A stretch of 64,000 nt of DNA from the NCBI RefSeq assembly GCF_009914755.1, contig NC_060931.1. One strand, 5' to 3'. Positions 1 through 14,524 of the stretch are shown in pieces (the first letter of the stretch is position 1; every line of letters begins with the position of its first letter). Under the pieces are notes generated by a model that was not told the DNA's origin, searched no databases, and was given only the letters and a program-made list of their open reading frames with translations. The position numbers were made by a program, and so were the translations under genes. Source of the stretch: the human T2T-CHM13v2.0 reference genome, Homo sapiens.

Positions 1-48
1 GCACTCCAGTCTGGGCGACAGAGCAAGACTCTGTCTCAAAAAAAGAAA
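1..48 (+). mobile_element. Alu 3' end and A-tail (cut by window edge)
   Basis: gcactccagtctgggcgacagagcaagactctgtctc followed by an A-run. Confidence 0.9.
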
Positions 49-929
49 TAGACGTACACTCTGGGACAAGACAGAAAAAGTATCCTCACACTTGCTGGGT
101 AATAGTAACTGTGCTATTCCTAGCAAGAAACCCTAAGGTTTCTAGGCTTGTTCTGGAAAAGAGGATATTGCCAGAGTTGGTAAGTAGAGGAAAGTGATTA
201 GTATTTAAGAAACTGAATCAAGAATGGTTCCAAAAATCTTAAAATCCAGGGAAACCAGCTTAAGGTCAAAGGCAAGTGCTAGATAATGAAATTAACACCA
301 TATGAGTACAAATTTACAAAATACTGTACTTCACCATAGGCTATGGAACTCAGTGGAAAGCCAAAAAAGCACTGGACAGGTGGTGGGAGTGCTTGACTTG
401 TGGTGAATTTATTTCATCTGCTTATACATTTGTACACAGCACAGTTCTTCTCCAGAATGTTGTTTCTGTGGCTGGGACCATTGGACTGTGGCTCCAAAAG
501 AACAACAGTCTGAAGATGGGATGTTGACAAGTTTTGGAATGTCAATTGGGGAATCATAATTTGTATTTATTTAGGTTTTTTTTGGTGTTCATAAAATGCT
601 TATGTAATATTTACATATGTCAAATAAATCTTAAAATTTTATAAATTACATGACTTTTCTCATTCTGGCCACCAGAATCTTGACTGCAATATTCAGTAAA
701 AATTACCCAAGCCAATATTTTGTGCTATGAAACCTGGAGGTATTCATCATGTTAAATCCTAAGAGAGATAAAAGGATTACTGAGAGTGATTAAATGCATA
801 CTATGTCTTAAGAACTCTAAATGAGTGGCAGAAACCCTCATTGGTCCCTCAGTATCTGTTCTTTCTCCTCTCTTCCATAGTAATCAAATCATTAGCTGTT
901 CAGAATTTTGGCAGCAAATTCCATTATTG

Positions 930-1255
930 CCATGTATGTGAGCAGAAAAGATGTATATAATTTCTGGGTGGTACTTCGGAGCAGTCCTACCTTCCCTTCT
1001 TTAATCTTTTCTTTGTTACTCCCTCCATGAGCTGGAATGCTGACATCATGATTGTCTATCTTGGACAATGCAGATGAGGTGAATGCTTGGGATAGTGAAG
1101 TAATTCTCCATCCTAGAGCTGGCTCCATGGTTCTTCACACTGTGGACTTGTAACACCAGCTCTGGACTGCTCAAGCCTGAACTCCAGGACTGTTGATGAG
1201 AAATCAGTGTCTCCATTCTTTCAGGTGCTGGAGTTTTGGTCTCTGTTACCTTAGT
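930..1255 (+). mobile_element. Degenerate ERVL/MaLR-type LTR fragment (LTR16/MLT1-like)
   Basis: Motifs gctggaatgctgacatcatg...atcttggacaatgcagatgag and terminal ttttggtctctgttac resemble old ERVL/MaLR LTRs; by eye only. Confidence 0.35.
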
Positions 1256-1585
1256 CAAATAACCTATGCTATACCTTAAATATACACAATAATATATATC
1301 TTTATGATGAAATAGTATGTATTTACCATCTTATTAGTCAAAGAACCTTTTTATATGACCTACTAAGTGAAATTGAAATAAAACCTGTACATGTGGTATA
1401 ATACCATTTTTTTTGGTAAAAATGTGTACATATGAAGAAAAGTCTAAAAGGAAATATATAAAAATGTAAACAGTAATTATTTTAGGTGGGAGGAATCAAT
1501 AAATTTTTTTGTGTATTTCAAGTTTTCTATAATGAACATTTTTATATAATCAAAAAATATTTTTAAATATATAATGTATATATGG

Positions 1586-1635
<50 letters not shown>

Positions 1636-1680
1636 CATCCACCAACCCACTCACCTCCCTCCCTCCCTCCCTCCCTCCCT
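1586..1680. repeat. (TCTA)n microsatellite followed by (CCCT)n
   Basis: About 12 TCTA units at 1586-1635; CCCT run at about 1655-1680. Confidence 0.95.
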
Positions 1681-4331
1681 ACTTACCTAAAAGACAGAGA
1701 GGGAGTTCTGAGGTCAACATCGAGTTTGTCCTCGCTAAGAAAGGTAAGTGAATTGTCTTGCTTTGTCTGGATTCTTTTTATTGTATTGGCAAAGTTCTGC
1801 CAATTTGTTTCCTGTTTGTCCTACACTGTCTTCAATTTTCCCCTCTCTGGGTTGGATGTGTTGTCTTTGTGTTAGGACTGTTTTTGCTGTTTGAAGAAAG
1901 TCTTCAGTCTTTGCTTAGGCACTTGCCCAAAGTCTCCCTTGGGTACAGTTTTTAAGAATGCTGTATGTTTAGAGTTTTGCTGGTTCTGATATGCTCTGCT
2001 AAATACCCACCACTAAGTACTTATTAACCAAGGATTTAAAACAATTTGGATTTTGGTTTGATTTTTTCAAGACACATAACTTAGAGGCTCTCTAATAAAA
2101 ATAATATCCCGCATACCCCTCCCTTTCCTGCAGTAGGCAGAGCATAGAGGGAGGTTAAAAACTCTTTGTTAAGAAGTCACTTTCTGAAGTGGAGGGCAGG
2201 TGTCAGGACAGTGTACAACCTCATGAAACACCCATCGTGGTAACCAGAACTCAGGGTCATTGCCATTTAACTTTTAACTGCTACATGCCCAATACTGTAT
2301 GAGCTACATTTCCACGTTATTATTTTAGTTGGTCATAACCTCTTTGGTAAGATAGCTATTATTGTCTCCATTATATAGTTGAGAAAATTAAGGCCCAAAT
2401 AAGCCATATGAATGGTTCATAATAGCAGAACTAGGAAGGAATAGATCCAGAGCTCCCAGTGTAGTCTCTGAAAGTATGAAATTATTGTGGGTGCTTAGTT
2501 TCCTTAGCTGAAATGAATGTCATGGTGTCACATAGACTCTGGGCTTTTAGGCCTTGAGATTTATATGAGATATGTTTTTAAGTGAAAAAGTAGTAACATT
2601 AAAGAAGAAAAAATTATTAGATTTCTTTTGAATGTTGCTACTTGGGAAGGAATAGGCCAACAGAAATGTAATGAAAAGGTAGATACAATTTCTATAAGAA
2701 CTAAATGAAATTCTTAAAAATTTCAAGGATTTTAAGAGCTTGTTTATATCACTTAAGTTTCACTTAAACATTTCTAAACATGTCTGGCTTTAGGTTTCCC
2801 TGATCATTGCTACCTGCATTCTGTTAATGAACCATTTTCAATTTTTTAAAAAAGAGAAAAGATTACTGGAAAGGAGTCTTTTAAAGCATGAACGGAATGT
2901 AACTTTTAAGGTAGCATCAAAAGCTACAGTCTTCAGGTGAAACTGAAGCTTACTGAAGGCATTTAAAATAAATTTTCCAATAATATAATTTTTTTTTACA
3001 AGTTAAAGCTGGAGATGGATCATCTACTCTAGTTCACTGGTTCTCAAAGAGCGCTGGGAGGGTGAGAATATGTCAGAGTCCATTGGGAATTTTTATTTTT
3101 CACATTTTATATACAGTCTGTGTGGGTTTCTCAGCTCTATTTAAAATATACGTGTCTTCATTCATTCTGGGTGTGGGAGTGGAAGGGGGAAGTGGAATTT
3201 GACAAAACTCCCTAGGGATTTGGATATTGTGGTCTAAGGGAAGGCACAGGTATAAATTTATTTCTCCTTCTAAGAGAAGAGCCAAGGCCAGTTTTACTCC
3301 ATGAGGAAAAAAGTGTGAAAATAAATTCCATGTTTGTATAATAATTTGCCTGGCATAGAAATTAACAAGAGAGTGATACGGGTTAATGGGGGTGGGAGAA
3401 GAGGAGAGGAAAGGGGAGACATGAGGGTAAGGTCAACAGCAGGAGGAGGGGTGCAGTCTGTACACCCTCCTCCCCATGCCTGGCAGAGGTGTGAGGTCAA
3501 CATCACTTCACCACGGTATGATTGTCCTCTGTGTTGTCTATTTGGATATATGGGGTCTGGGAAATGGGGTGACTGTAACTCTGCCTTGAGTCAGCAGGAA
3601 GGAGCCAGGAGCCCTGGGCAAATGACTGAGTGTGTGCACAGCTAGCTTGCAAATGAGATATCTAAACACAGGTGCATACTTGATTGGCCTGACAACATTT
3701 CTGACCTATTTTAAATATGGAAAAATTATTTGTCTCAATTTTGCTGCTTTCACAGATGGGACAATGACTGTGGTTATAATGATCTGAACTCCAGGTACCT
3801 CAAGAGAAGAAATAGCTAAACATTGATATTACTCAGAAAAGACCTCTCCTAACTCCTACCCACCCCTTTACATCTTTGACTTCTATGTGTTTTAAAGGTC
3901 TGGATTAATCAGTCTCTCATCTTTATTCATGCTTTCCAGACATTCTGGAATTGTGCAGAACTGGACACCTGTGTCTAGAATCAGTAGCTCAGTTCATCCT
4001 GGATTTGCATACTGTGAATAACAGACTTCAGGTGCTTTCTGACTTTATTGAAAGTAGTAGTTAGGGAGAGAAATCACCAGGGAAGGAAAGAAAAATAACA
4101 GTAATTAGACTATTTGGGAAGCAACAGGCTGGGTCATTCGTTTTATCATCACGATAGCTCTGTGACGTAACATTATCATCATCATTTTATAGAGGGGACA
4201 CTGAAGCTCAGAGGGGTTAATTGGCTTGTCTAAGGACAAGAAGTGGTTGAGTTGGGAGCACCCCCAAATCTGTCCAACTTCAAACACATTGCCTTTCTCT
4301 GCATGGCCACAAGTGCCCCATTGATTAATAC

Positions 4332-4423
4332 ATCTAACAGAAAGCTAATCTTGAGGCCTAACAGAAAGCTATCTAACAGAAAGCTATCTAACAGAAAGCT
4401 AATCTAACAGCTAATCTTGAGTC
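4332..4423. repeat. Minisatellite, ~15-bp unit ATCTAACAGAAAGCT
   Basis: 4-5 copies of ctaacagaaagct, bracketed by two gctaatcttgag copies. Confidence 0.9.
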
Positions 4424-5210
4424 CTGTGTCCCATTGAGAGCTGGTACTAGCATGAACATGTGAACTCTTTGCCTTGGATGGGCAGACACCCAGAAAGCCC
4501 CGTCTGTAGCCTGTGCTGCTTGACCCTTTCCTTAGCGTGATTTTGCAATATTATGGGAACACCTCAGTGTCTTCTGGATACGCACAATTCTCATTGCTAA
4601 ATGCTAAAAATGTAATTATTATATCTGAGTTTTATTTAAATTTTTAAAATGTTTTATTTCATTTTATTTTCTAATATTTTATAGAAAAGTTGCAGAATGA
4701 GTATAGAGAGTTCAAATATCATCCTCACCCAGTTTCTGCTAATATTTATATCTTACCATAACCATGGTACAGTTGCATTTAGTGTCTCTAGTCTGTGTCA
4801 GTTTCTCAGCTCTATTTAAAATTACCTTGCCAGTTTTAAAGATTACTATTCAGGCATTTTGTAGAATGTCCCTCAGTTTGGGTTTGTCTGATATTTTTCT
4901 CTGTTAGACTGAGGTAAAGTGCCCTACTCATCACGTTAGGAGTTCTGTGATATTAACATCACTGGTCACTGGTGATGTTAACCTTGATCACTCGGTGAAG
5001 GTGGTGTCTGCCAGGAACATTGTAAAGTTACTATTTTTTCCCCCATTTTCACACTTTGTTCCTTGGGAGCAAGTCATGTCCAGTACAAACTCAGAGGGAG
5101 GGAAATTATGTGCACCTCCTGGAGGGTTCCCCACATTTTGCCTGCTATAGTTAAAAATTCTCAGCCCTCCAAATTTCGTATTCATAAAAGCACACAAAAA
5201 TAACTCCCTG

Positions 5211-5524
5211 GGCCGGGCGCGATGGCTCAGCCTGTAATCCCAGCACTTTGGGAGGCCGAGGCGGGTGGATCACGAGGTCAGGAGATCAAGACCATCCTGG
5301 CTAACACCGTGAAACCCCGTCTCTACTAAAAAATACAAAAACTTAGCTGGGCGTGGTGGCGGGCACCTGTAGTCCCAGCTACTCGGGAGGCTGAGGCAGG
5401 AGAATGGCATGAACCCGGGAGGCGGAGCTTGCAGGTGAGCCGAGATCGCGCCACTGCACTCCAGCCTGGGCGACAGAGCGAGACTCCGTCTCAAAATAAA
5501 TAAATAAATAAAATAATAAAAAAA
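5211..5524 (+). mobile_element. AluY, full length
   Basis: ggccgggcg start, ctaacac and gagcttgcag Y-type positions, (TAAA)n tail, TSD-like aaaataactccc on both sides. Confidence 0.9.
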
Positions 5525-5939
5525 TAACTCCCCCTCTTTCATCTGCAGTCCCCTCACTAGCCCGCTTTTACTCTATTCACTTTCCTGCCCTGAATAACGT
5601 TGCCGATGCTGGTCATTTTCTTCCTCGGGGTTGTGATCTTTGCTGCACACAGCAGCCAGCCTCAGTGGTGTAGTTTGTGCTTCCTCCTCCCTCCGAACGC
5701 CTAAATTGCGGCACCAAAGAGGCCGCAATGACTGGTGAGCAAGACTCCTCTTCCTCATATTTTGTGAGGAAGGAAGCTGGCAAGACTATGAATTTGTGTA
5801 CATTTATAAATTGTGTTCCTGTTACACATGGTTATTAAAAACATGCTTGATCTGTTCAGTTTCTGAATATCTGAACTAATTCAGCTCATTAAGGGAATTT
5901 GTATACTTAGGTCAACAGCTTCTACAGAGGCGTTGCCTT

Positions 5940-5957
5940 GACGCCATCTAGTGGCAA
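5940..5957 (-). promoter_or_regulatory. Candidate CTCF binding site
   Basis: Minus strand reads TTGCCACTAGATGGCGTC, a near-consensus CTCF core (CCACYAGRKGGCR). Confidence 0.6.
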
Positions 5958-6850
5958 TATAGGCACAATTCTGAGAAGCATTTTAAAAAGTCTTGAGTAC
6001 AGGAATACAGGTTTGCAAGAGAGATGTAGAATAGGGGATGGAAGATGGAACTGTACTGAGTCTGGTAGCAGGACAGGGTGATTTTTTGGGGGAAAGTGCC
6101 AGGTTTTGGAAACCAATGCTTGTTCTTTGTTTCATTCTTTTTAATATTCTTATTATAGACTGCTCTGTTGACGCTGAGTGTAAAGCCATAACTTGCCCCT
6201 ATGAGCGTCTCTTTGGATGCTTGCATCCCGCTTGATGTTTCATCAGCTTTCTTTTCTTGGTTCAGGTACTGCTAAAGTAGCTGAGGGCTCAGAACAGTGG
6301 GGAATAGGAGCATGAATGCAAGAGACTTTGGTAGAAAGAATTATGGTAGTATTATGGCAGACACATTTTGGTTGTGTCAAAATTAAAAACCATAGTGTTA
6401 CTCTGGTAAAGAGGATGGCACTGAGGCTGTTACTCTCCACATACACCCCTTCATTGCAGCTCTTGGTGTGGATGCCGATAGGCTGAACAGTTCTGTGTGG
6501 AGATGAAGTAGCAGCCGTGGTTCACAGATTTCTCTCCTGCCTCACCTCTCCTAGAATTTATTATTCAGCAGTTGATATTTATCCTGTCTTCTCCTTGTTT
6601 TTGCTTGTTTGCTCACCCTATCCTTCCCTTTGTTTTCATTGTCATTGCAGTAAGCCTTTGCATAGGTGTAAATATGGCTCTCATGTTTATATATTCAAAT
6701 TTCAAACATATTGAAACCATTAATTATTTGCCTCACCCACCAGAACATAAGCTGCATGAGAGCAGCAACTTTGTTTCTTTCCATTGTATCCCAAGAGCTT
6801 GGAACAGTGGACTGGCACATAGTAGTCATTAATAAATATTGGTTAAATAA

Positions 6851-7201
<351 letters not shown>

Positions 7202-7632
7202 TGAGGTACCTTGCATTTGCCACTGTTAAATTCTCAGACTGTCTTACTTAGGTTTTGTGGAGTTAGGTCGGGTGGAAGTAGGATTTCAGGAGACTGTGCT
7301 CTAGGCTGTCTGGATTTTAGTTCTTTCCTTCGGAAGGCCATTCTGTAATTGTGTCTCTGTACCTAATGTCAGATCCCAGGCCAGTGTCAGGTAGATGTAA
7401 GTGACGGTGGGACCGTTACCTTCAAGAACGTTTCTTCTGGTCACAGCTGTAACATCTTTACCAGAGAAGGGATTTCAGACAGTAACAAAACTGAGTGGTG
7501 AGAAGTGAAATGCTCTGCCATAATACTGATACCGTCCCCAGGGATTCTGACACAGCCAGCAGCAGTACGTGTTCATCAGCACTGAAGCAGGGCACCTCCT
7601 GATTCAGCAGAGAGACCCTCCCCTCCCCAGCC

Positions 7633-8464
7633 ATGTTGGCGGCTGCCCTAGGATTGCTGATGCCCATTGCAGGGGCTGAATTTCTCATTGGCCTGGTTGG
7701 AAATGGAGTCCCTGTGGTCTGCAGTTTTAGAGGATGGGTCAAAAAAATGTAAGGAGTCCCTATAAATTCTCATGATTCTGGTAAGTAGCCACTTTCTCCT
7801 ACTCAGGCCGATCATGTTGGACATAAGTCTGTTTCCACTTTCCCAGAGCAGTGGTTGGCTTTACTATCTTAATGTCTTCGAGTCCTGGTAAGCCAGGCCA
7901 ACATGTAGTTTGCCACTTTCTTCAGTGGCTTCTGCTGCATGGAGATCATGACCTTTGTCCCGCTGACTTCTTGTAGCTGAAAAGACTGGGTTTTTGTTTT
8001 TTGCTAGTGTCTTTCAAGATCACTTTTTATTTCTCAGCTCTTGTTGGCTGGACCCTTTAAAAACCCTTAACAGGAAACAGCAACATCCTGCATCCCATTT
8101 TAAATCTGTTATTTTTATAGATTGCTGTCCAGTGAAGGAGACTGATTGCTATTTGTGATGTTTCTGTTCCACTTGTCTTTTTGTAAAGACATCACAGGAA
8201 GATGGAGGACCACACAGCTGTCAGGAGGAGGCTCAAACCAAGGTGCTCATCGCTCTGAACTTCCCCCTTTACATGGTTTCTGCCTTGGCCAGACACTTTT
8301 CCATGACCTTCTAATCTCCCTCTGATCTCACCATTCTTGCCATCTCTGCAACACTCATGGCTGTTTATACTTCATTTCCGTCTATTGTAATGGTTATGAG
8401 GAATCAGACTTGTCAGAGAATTCTGTAGGAGATGATATGTACATGGAAATCCTAGAGGCCATGA
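7633..8464 (+). pseudogene. TAS2R6P: Bitter taste receptor pseudogene, tandem paralog of TAS2R5
   Basis: ATG 7633 gives [39 protein letters not shown] (TAA 7750-7752), versus TAS2R5 [39 protein letters not shown]. Nucleotide homology continues with stops and indels to gaggccatga, the counterpart of the TAS2R5 stop. Symbol assigned from recalled locus order. Confidence 0.88.
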
Positions 8465-9281
8465 CTTGGAAGAAGGATCTAATCAGGCCCTTAACTGTAT
8501 CACTGACAACAGTAAAAATAACTGTAGATTTTAGAAAAATGAAATTTTTATTCTCAATTCTCCTCATTTCTTCTTTGATTTTGAAACAAAATGAAAGGGT
8601 AACATGAAAAACAGGCTAGAAACTGGAGCTTATTGCTCTCTAAGCAATGCAAATCACATCATTTTAATAAACTACAGAAGTCAAAACCGAGTTTTCATAT
8701 TTTGCATGGGAAGTATCACATTTTTAAAAATTACTGCAGATAATCAAGTTTTCTTTGCCAATATGCTATGTTTTTGATAAAAGGAAGTAGAAAATAGCTA
8801 TAGTTTGAAAATAATATATTTTAAAAAGAGGTGAGCCTGTATATTTTTTAGGCAAGCACTTTTCTTAGGGGAATTAGCTAAATTATTATCTCAATTTTCT
8901 ATGTAGTTTAGCCTCTCAACACCGGTAGTAAAGTAGTCAAAAACCTACCTTTATATTTCTGGATACTTTGGTTTTTTTGATGCCAGACTAGCTTTCTGGA
9001 AACGTGTCAGTTGGCTACCAGGATCGGTGGCAAATTCCACTGCCAGGCTAGATTGGGGCAGGTGGGGAGAGAGAGGCACTATGTCTCTATCAGAAAGTCA
9101 CTGAAGAAACACTGTTTTTGGACGAGTTCAAGCCTCATCTAGATTTTTAGTCCAGTAGAAGATCGCGACCACCTCTGCCCCTCCATAGCCTACAGCCAGA
9201 GTTTTAGAGTACCAGGCCTTGCAGCTTGGTGGAGATGATGTACAATGGATGCTACCTGGAGGCAGGGACTGTGTATTATAA

Positions 9282-9804
<523 letters not shown>

Positions 9805-10180
9805 TGAGCTCATAACTGGCACTGTATAGCACCTGAGCATGTTTTGATTTGGTCTTTCTTGTTGAGGGGCCTTGTTACGTTATACCCTGGTGTCTAGACT
9901 TTGGCCCAAAACCTTTGAGATGGAGAGCCGGTGTCTGTGGTACTGTTTGCAATCTCTGGTTCTACACTCAGGGTTCATTCATGTAGATGCAAATACAGAT
10001 GGTATCATAACTTCCAACCTCTCTGTTCCTCATCACAGCTGTTCAGTCTCGCTTGAAGACAGATTACGGAAGGACGAGGCCAAATCCAGATTTTGTGGTG
10101 TGAAAATTTACCCTGGTGTGTTATCACTACCAGGGGATCTGACCTCAGCCAGGAGCAGTGAGAGCCTCCTCTCCCCAGCC

Positions 10181-11080
10181 ATGCTGAGCGCTGGCCTAGG
10201 ACTGCTGATGCTGGTGGCAGTGGTTGAATTTCTCATCGGTTTAATTGGAAATGGAAGCCTGGTGGTCTGGAGTTTTAGAGAATGGATCAGAAAATTCAAC
10301 TGGTCCTCATATAACCTCATTATCCTGGGCCTGGCTGGCTGCCGATTTCTCCTGCAGTGGCTGATCATTTTGGACTTAAGCTTGTTTCCACTTTTCCAGA
10401 GCAGCCGTTGGCTTCGCTATCTTAGTATCTTCTGGGTCCTGGTAAGCCAGGCCAGCTTATGGTTTGCCACCTTCCTCAGTGTCTTCTATTGCAAGAAGAT
10501 CACGACCTTCGATCGCCCGGCCTACTTGTGGCTGAAGCAGAGGGCCTATAACCTGAGTCTCTGGTGCCTTCTGGGCTACTTTATAATCAATTTGTTACTT
10601 ACAGTCCAAATTGGCTTAACATTCTATCATCCTCCCCAAGGAAACAGCAGCATTCGGTATCCCTTTGAAAGCTGGCAGTACCTGTATGCATTTCAGCTCA
10701 ATTCAGGAAGTTATTTGCCTTTAGTGGTGTTTCTTGTTTCCTCTGGGATGCTGATTGTCTCTTTGTATACACACCACAAGAAGATGAAGGTCCATTCAGC
10801 TGGTAGGAGGGATGTCCGGGCCAAGGCTCACATCACTGCGCTGAAGTCCTTGGGCTGCTTCCTCTTACTTCACCTGGTTTATATCATGGCCAGCCCCTTC
10901 TCCATCACCTCCAAGACTTATCCTCCTGATCTCACCAGTGTCTTCATCTGGGAGACACTCATGGCAGCCTATCCTTCTCTTCATTCTCTCATATTGATCA
11001 TGGGGATTCCTAGGGTGAAGCAGACTTGTCAGAAGATCCTGTGGAAGACAGTGTGTGCTCGGAGATGCTGGGGCCCATGA
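10181..11080 (+). CDS. TAS2R5: Taste receptor type 2 member 5 (bitter GPCR), 299 aa, single coding exon
   Basis: gccATG at 10181; 900-nt [28 protein letters not shown]...ARRCWGP with seven hydrophobic segments and T2R motifs ([28 protein letters not shown]); carries Ser26. Confidence 0.98.
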
Positions 11081-11325
11081 TCTGGGAAGAAAAGTGTGGT
11101 CAGGACACTCTTGGGACGCTCTTTTGATAGCTCTCTATAAGGGAGCTGCTTTCCATGTCTTTTAAGATTTTCCTTCTTTTACACCAATGTAATGAATGAG
11201 CAACAGAAAATACGGATCAAAACCCAATACTATGTCTCTTTTGGCAATGCAAAGTATATTTTTTTAATGTACCACAGAAATCAAGGCTAGGGCTTCATGT
11301 TTGGTAAAAGAGGTATTATATTCTC

Positions 11326-11471
11326 TCTACATATAGCAAATAATTCATATATAAATCGTGTTTTTCCTATTATAAAAAGCAGAGATTAGGAACAATTCTG
11401 TCTACATATAGCAAAAATTCATATATAAATTGTGTTTTTCCTAGTATAGAAAACAGAGATTAGGAACAATT
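11326..11471. repeat. 75-bp tandem duplication 3' of TAS2R5
   Basis: tctacatatagcaaa...gagattaggaacaatt starts at both 11326 and 11401. Confidence 0.92.
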
Positions 11472-11673
11472 ATAGTGATCATTAATTTTTATGAAATTTT
11501 ACCTATACATTAATGTTAGTCATTTTAGATATGCTTTTTAAAAAGTATCAAATAATTTCCCCATTTCTCTGCTGTAATGTATCTAATTATCTAACTGAAA
11601 AACAAAACAAAACATCTTTATATTTCTGGAAGTTTCTTTGAGCCCTAGCCTTGGCTTTCAGAATAAAAATCAG

Positions 11674-12271
<598 letters not shown>

Positions 12272-13579
12272 TCACGCTGTCTGCTCTTCAGTCATTTAGC
12301 CATTTTGCCTGTCTACTGTGGCCTCACCACAGCCTACAGTCAGAGTTCTAGTGTGCCAGGTCTTTGAGTTGGAGGGAGATCATTTAGAATGCCAGATCCA
12401 TGGCAGTAGGAACTGTGTCTGTTTTTATTTTCTCCCACGTCTCTGTGACTAGAACACTGCCTATTGCATAATAAACGCTTAATAAATATTTTGTAAATGA
12501 CTGAATAGCTGTGCTAACTGGTTTTACAATGCCTCCTTTGTATTGTAGGTAGAGAAACTGATGCCCAGAGAGGGGCAGTGGCCTGCCCTGGGTTTCATAG
12601 AGAGCCTGTGGCAGTGCTGGGACTAGAGCTGTTTCTTGACTCCTGGTGCAGGGCTCTTTCCTTTACAACATGCTACTTTCCTAATGTCCTTCCCTCCTTG
12701 GAACCCCATGCCTCTTTCTACAGACCCTTCTACACAACTTATTCTCTTCCTTCTTTCTAGCCTTCTTTGTTTCAGTTCCAGGGGGATCTGAAATCCAAAG
12801 GACAACACTTGGCATTCTTAAATATTTTTTTTTCACTTCCTATGGATCACACTAATCTACTTTCATTAATCTATTCTCTCAAACATATCTTTTTCTTACC
12901 TGAATCTGAGAATTGAGGTACATGCTAGGCACATGTGGATATTAGTCATCACACAGGGGGAGATTGGTTCCACTGTCACTGTGAGTTGTGTGAGGTCAAG
13001 TACCATATTTTATGTCCTGGGAAGGATCATATTCATTCTTTTTAAATAGAAAGGTGCTTCTGCTTGGTTATATTTTTGTTAGTAGGATGAATTTTCATTA
13101 TACCATTTCTATTTTTTTTACAGATGTCCTTTGTGACCAATTGTTGTAATAGTGACAATAGTATTTAACATTTGTATTGGGCTTTACATTTTACCAGACA
13201 ATCTCATATATAGTCCATTATCTCATTTGATTTTAATAGCAACTCTATGCAGTAACCAATTTTATCCCCAATTCACAGGTGACAAAACTCAGGCTGGAGT
13301 GATGGTTTGCCCAGGATCATGAACTTGTAAATAATGCAGATGGAGCAGACCCAAATTTTTTGACTCCGAGTCTTGTGCTCTTTCCAGTAAATCCTAAGTA
13401 TCTCATTGTTCATACTTGTAAGACTTCAAACTAGGATTAGCCTGTGGAACTTCCCTCAAGTTTATGAGTATTTTTACACACATGCAATAAGCAACTAATC
13501 TTTCAAATTTGGTATTGATGGGATGCCTGGGTGCTAAGATCCAAAATCACAACAGATCAAAGTTTATGATCTGCTTTTC

Positions 13580-14290
13580 TTAGTGACAAGGTATGGAATC
13601 AACCTAAGTGTCCATCAACACATGAACAGATAAGGAAAATGTAGTGTATGCATGTATGTGTATCTGTTTCATTTTCTACTTTTCTGTACTGTTCAAATTG
13701 TTTTTAGCCATGCTCAAATATCACATTTGAACATTTGAACAGATAAAAAAATGTAGTATACATATGTATGTGTATATATGTATACACACACACAATGGAA
13801 TATTATTCAGCTTTAAAAAAGAAGGAAATCTTGTCATTTGAAAAAATGTGGATGAACCAGGAGGACCATTATGCTAACTGAAATAAGCCACATACAGAAA
13901 GACAAATACTGTAAGATCTCACAGATGTGTGGAATTTCAAAAAGCCAAACTCACAGAAGCAGAGTAGGATGGTGGTTGCCAGGGCCTGGGACGTGGGGGA
14001 AATAGGGAGATGTTTGGTGTCTGTTAGGAAGAATGAATAAGCTCTGGAGAGCTAATGTACAGCATAGTGACTATAGTTAATAGAACCGTATTATATACTT
14101 GAAATTTGTGAAGAGAGTAGATGTTAAATGTTTTCACTAACAACAACAACAAAGATAATTGTGAGGTGGTGGATATATTAACTTGATTGTGGTACTCATT
14201 TCACAGTGTATACATATGTCAAAACATCATGTTGCATACTGTAGATATATACCATTTTTGTCAATCATTCCTCAATAAAGCAGGAAAAAT
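13580..14290 (+). mobile_element. L1MA-type 3' end fragment
   Basis: caacctaagtgtccatcaac, aatggaatattattcagc, gacaaatactg and terminal ctcaataaagc. Confidence 0.8.
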
Positions 14291-14485
14291 TATTGCATTT
14301 TCCACATCACCTTTTGGGATTTGATTTCCTTCTTTTTCTGTACACAATTTACCTTATGATGCGTATGAGACTGCTTTGTGTTTTAGCAAAGAAAACAAAT
14401 GGGAAGGCAAATATATACTCTTGAATTGATTCCTATGTAATTGAATCTTTTATAATTTGCATTCTTAGAGTTGCAGCTGGATCCA

Positions 14486-14520
<35 letters not shown>
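14486..14520. repeat. (TG)n microsatellite
   Basis: Direct reading. Confidence 0.95.

Positions 14521-14524
<4 letters not shown>

Noticed and set aside
892-1258. Short minus-strand ORFs as a receptor remnant
   Set aside because: They have no TM pattern or T2R/OR motifs, and the region looks LTR-derived.
4332-4423. CRISPR-like repeat array
   Set aside because: There are no unique spacers and the context is eukaryotic; it is an ordinary minisatellite.
9872-11080. 402-aa ORF taken as the TAS2R5 protein
   Set aside because: It starts at TTG. The family-typical start, shared with the paralog, is ATG 10181; the extension is reported only as a hypothesis.
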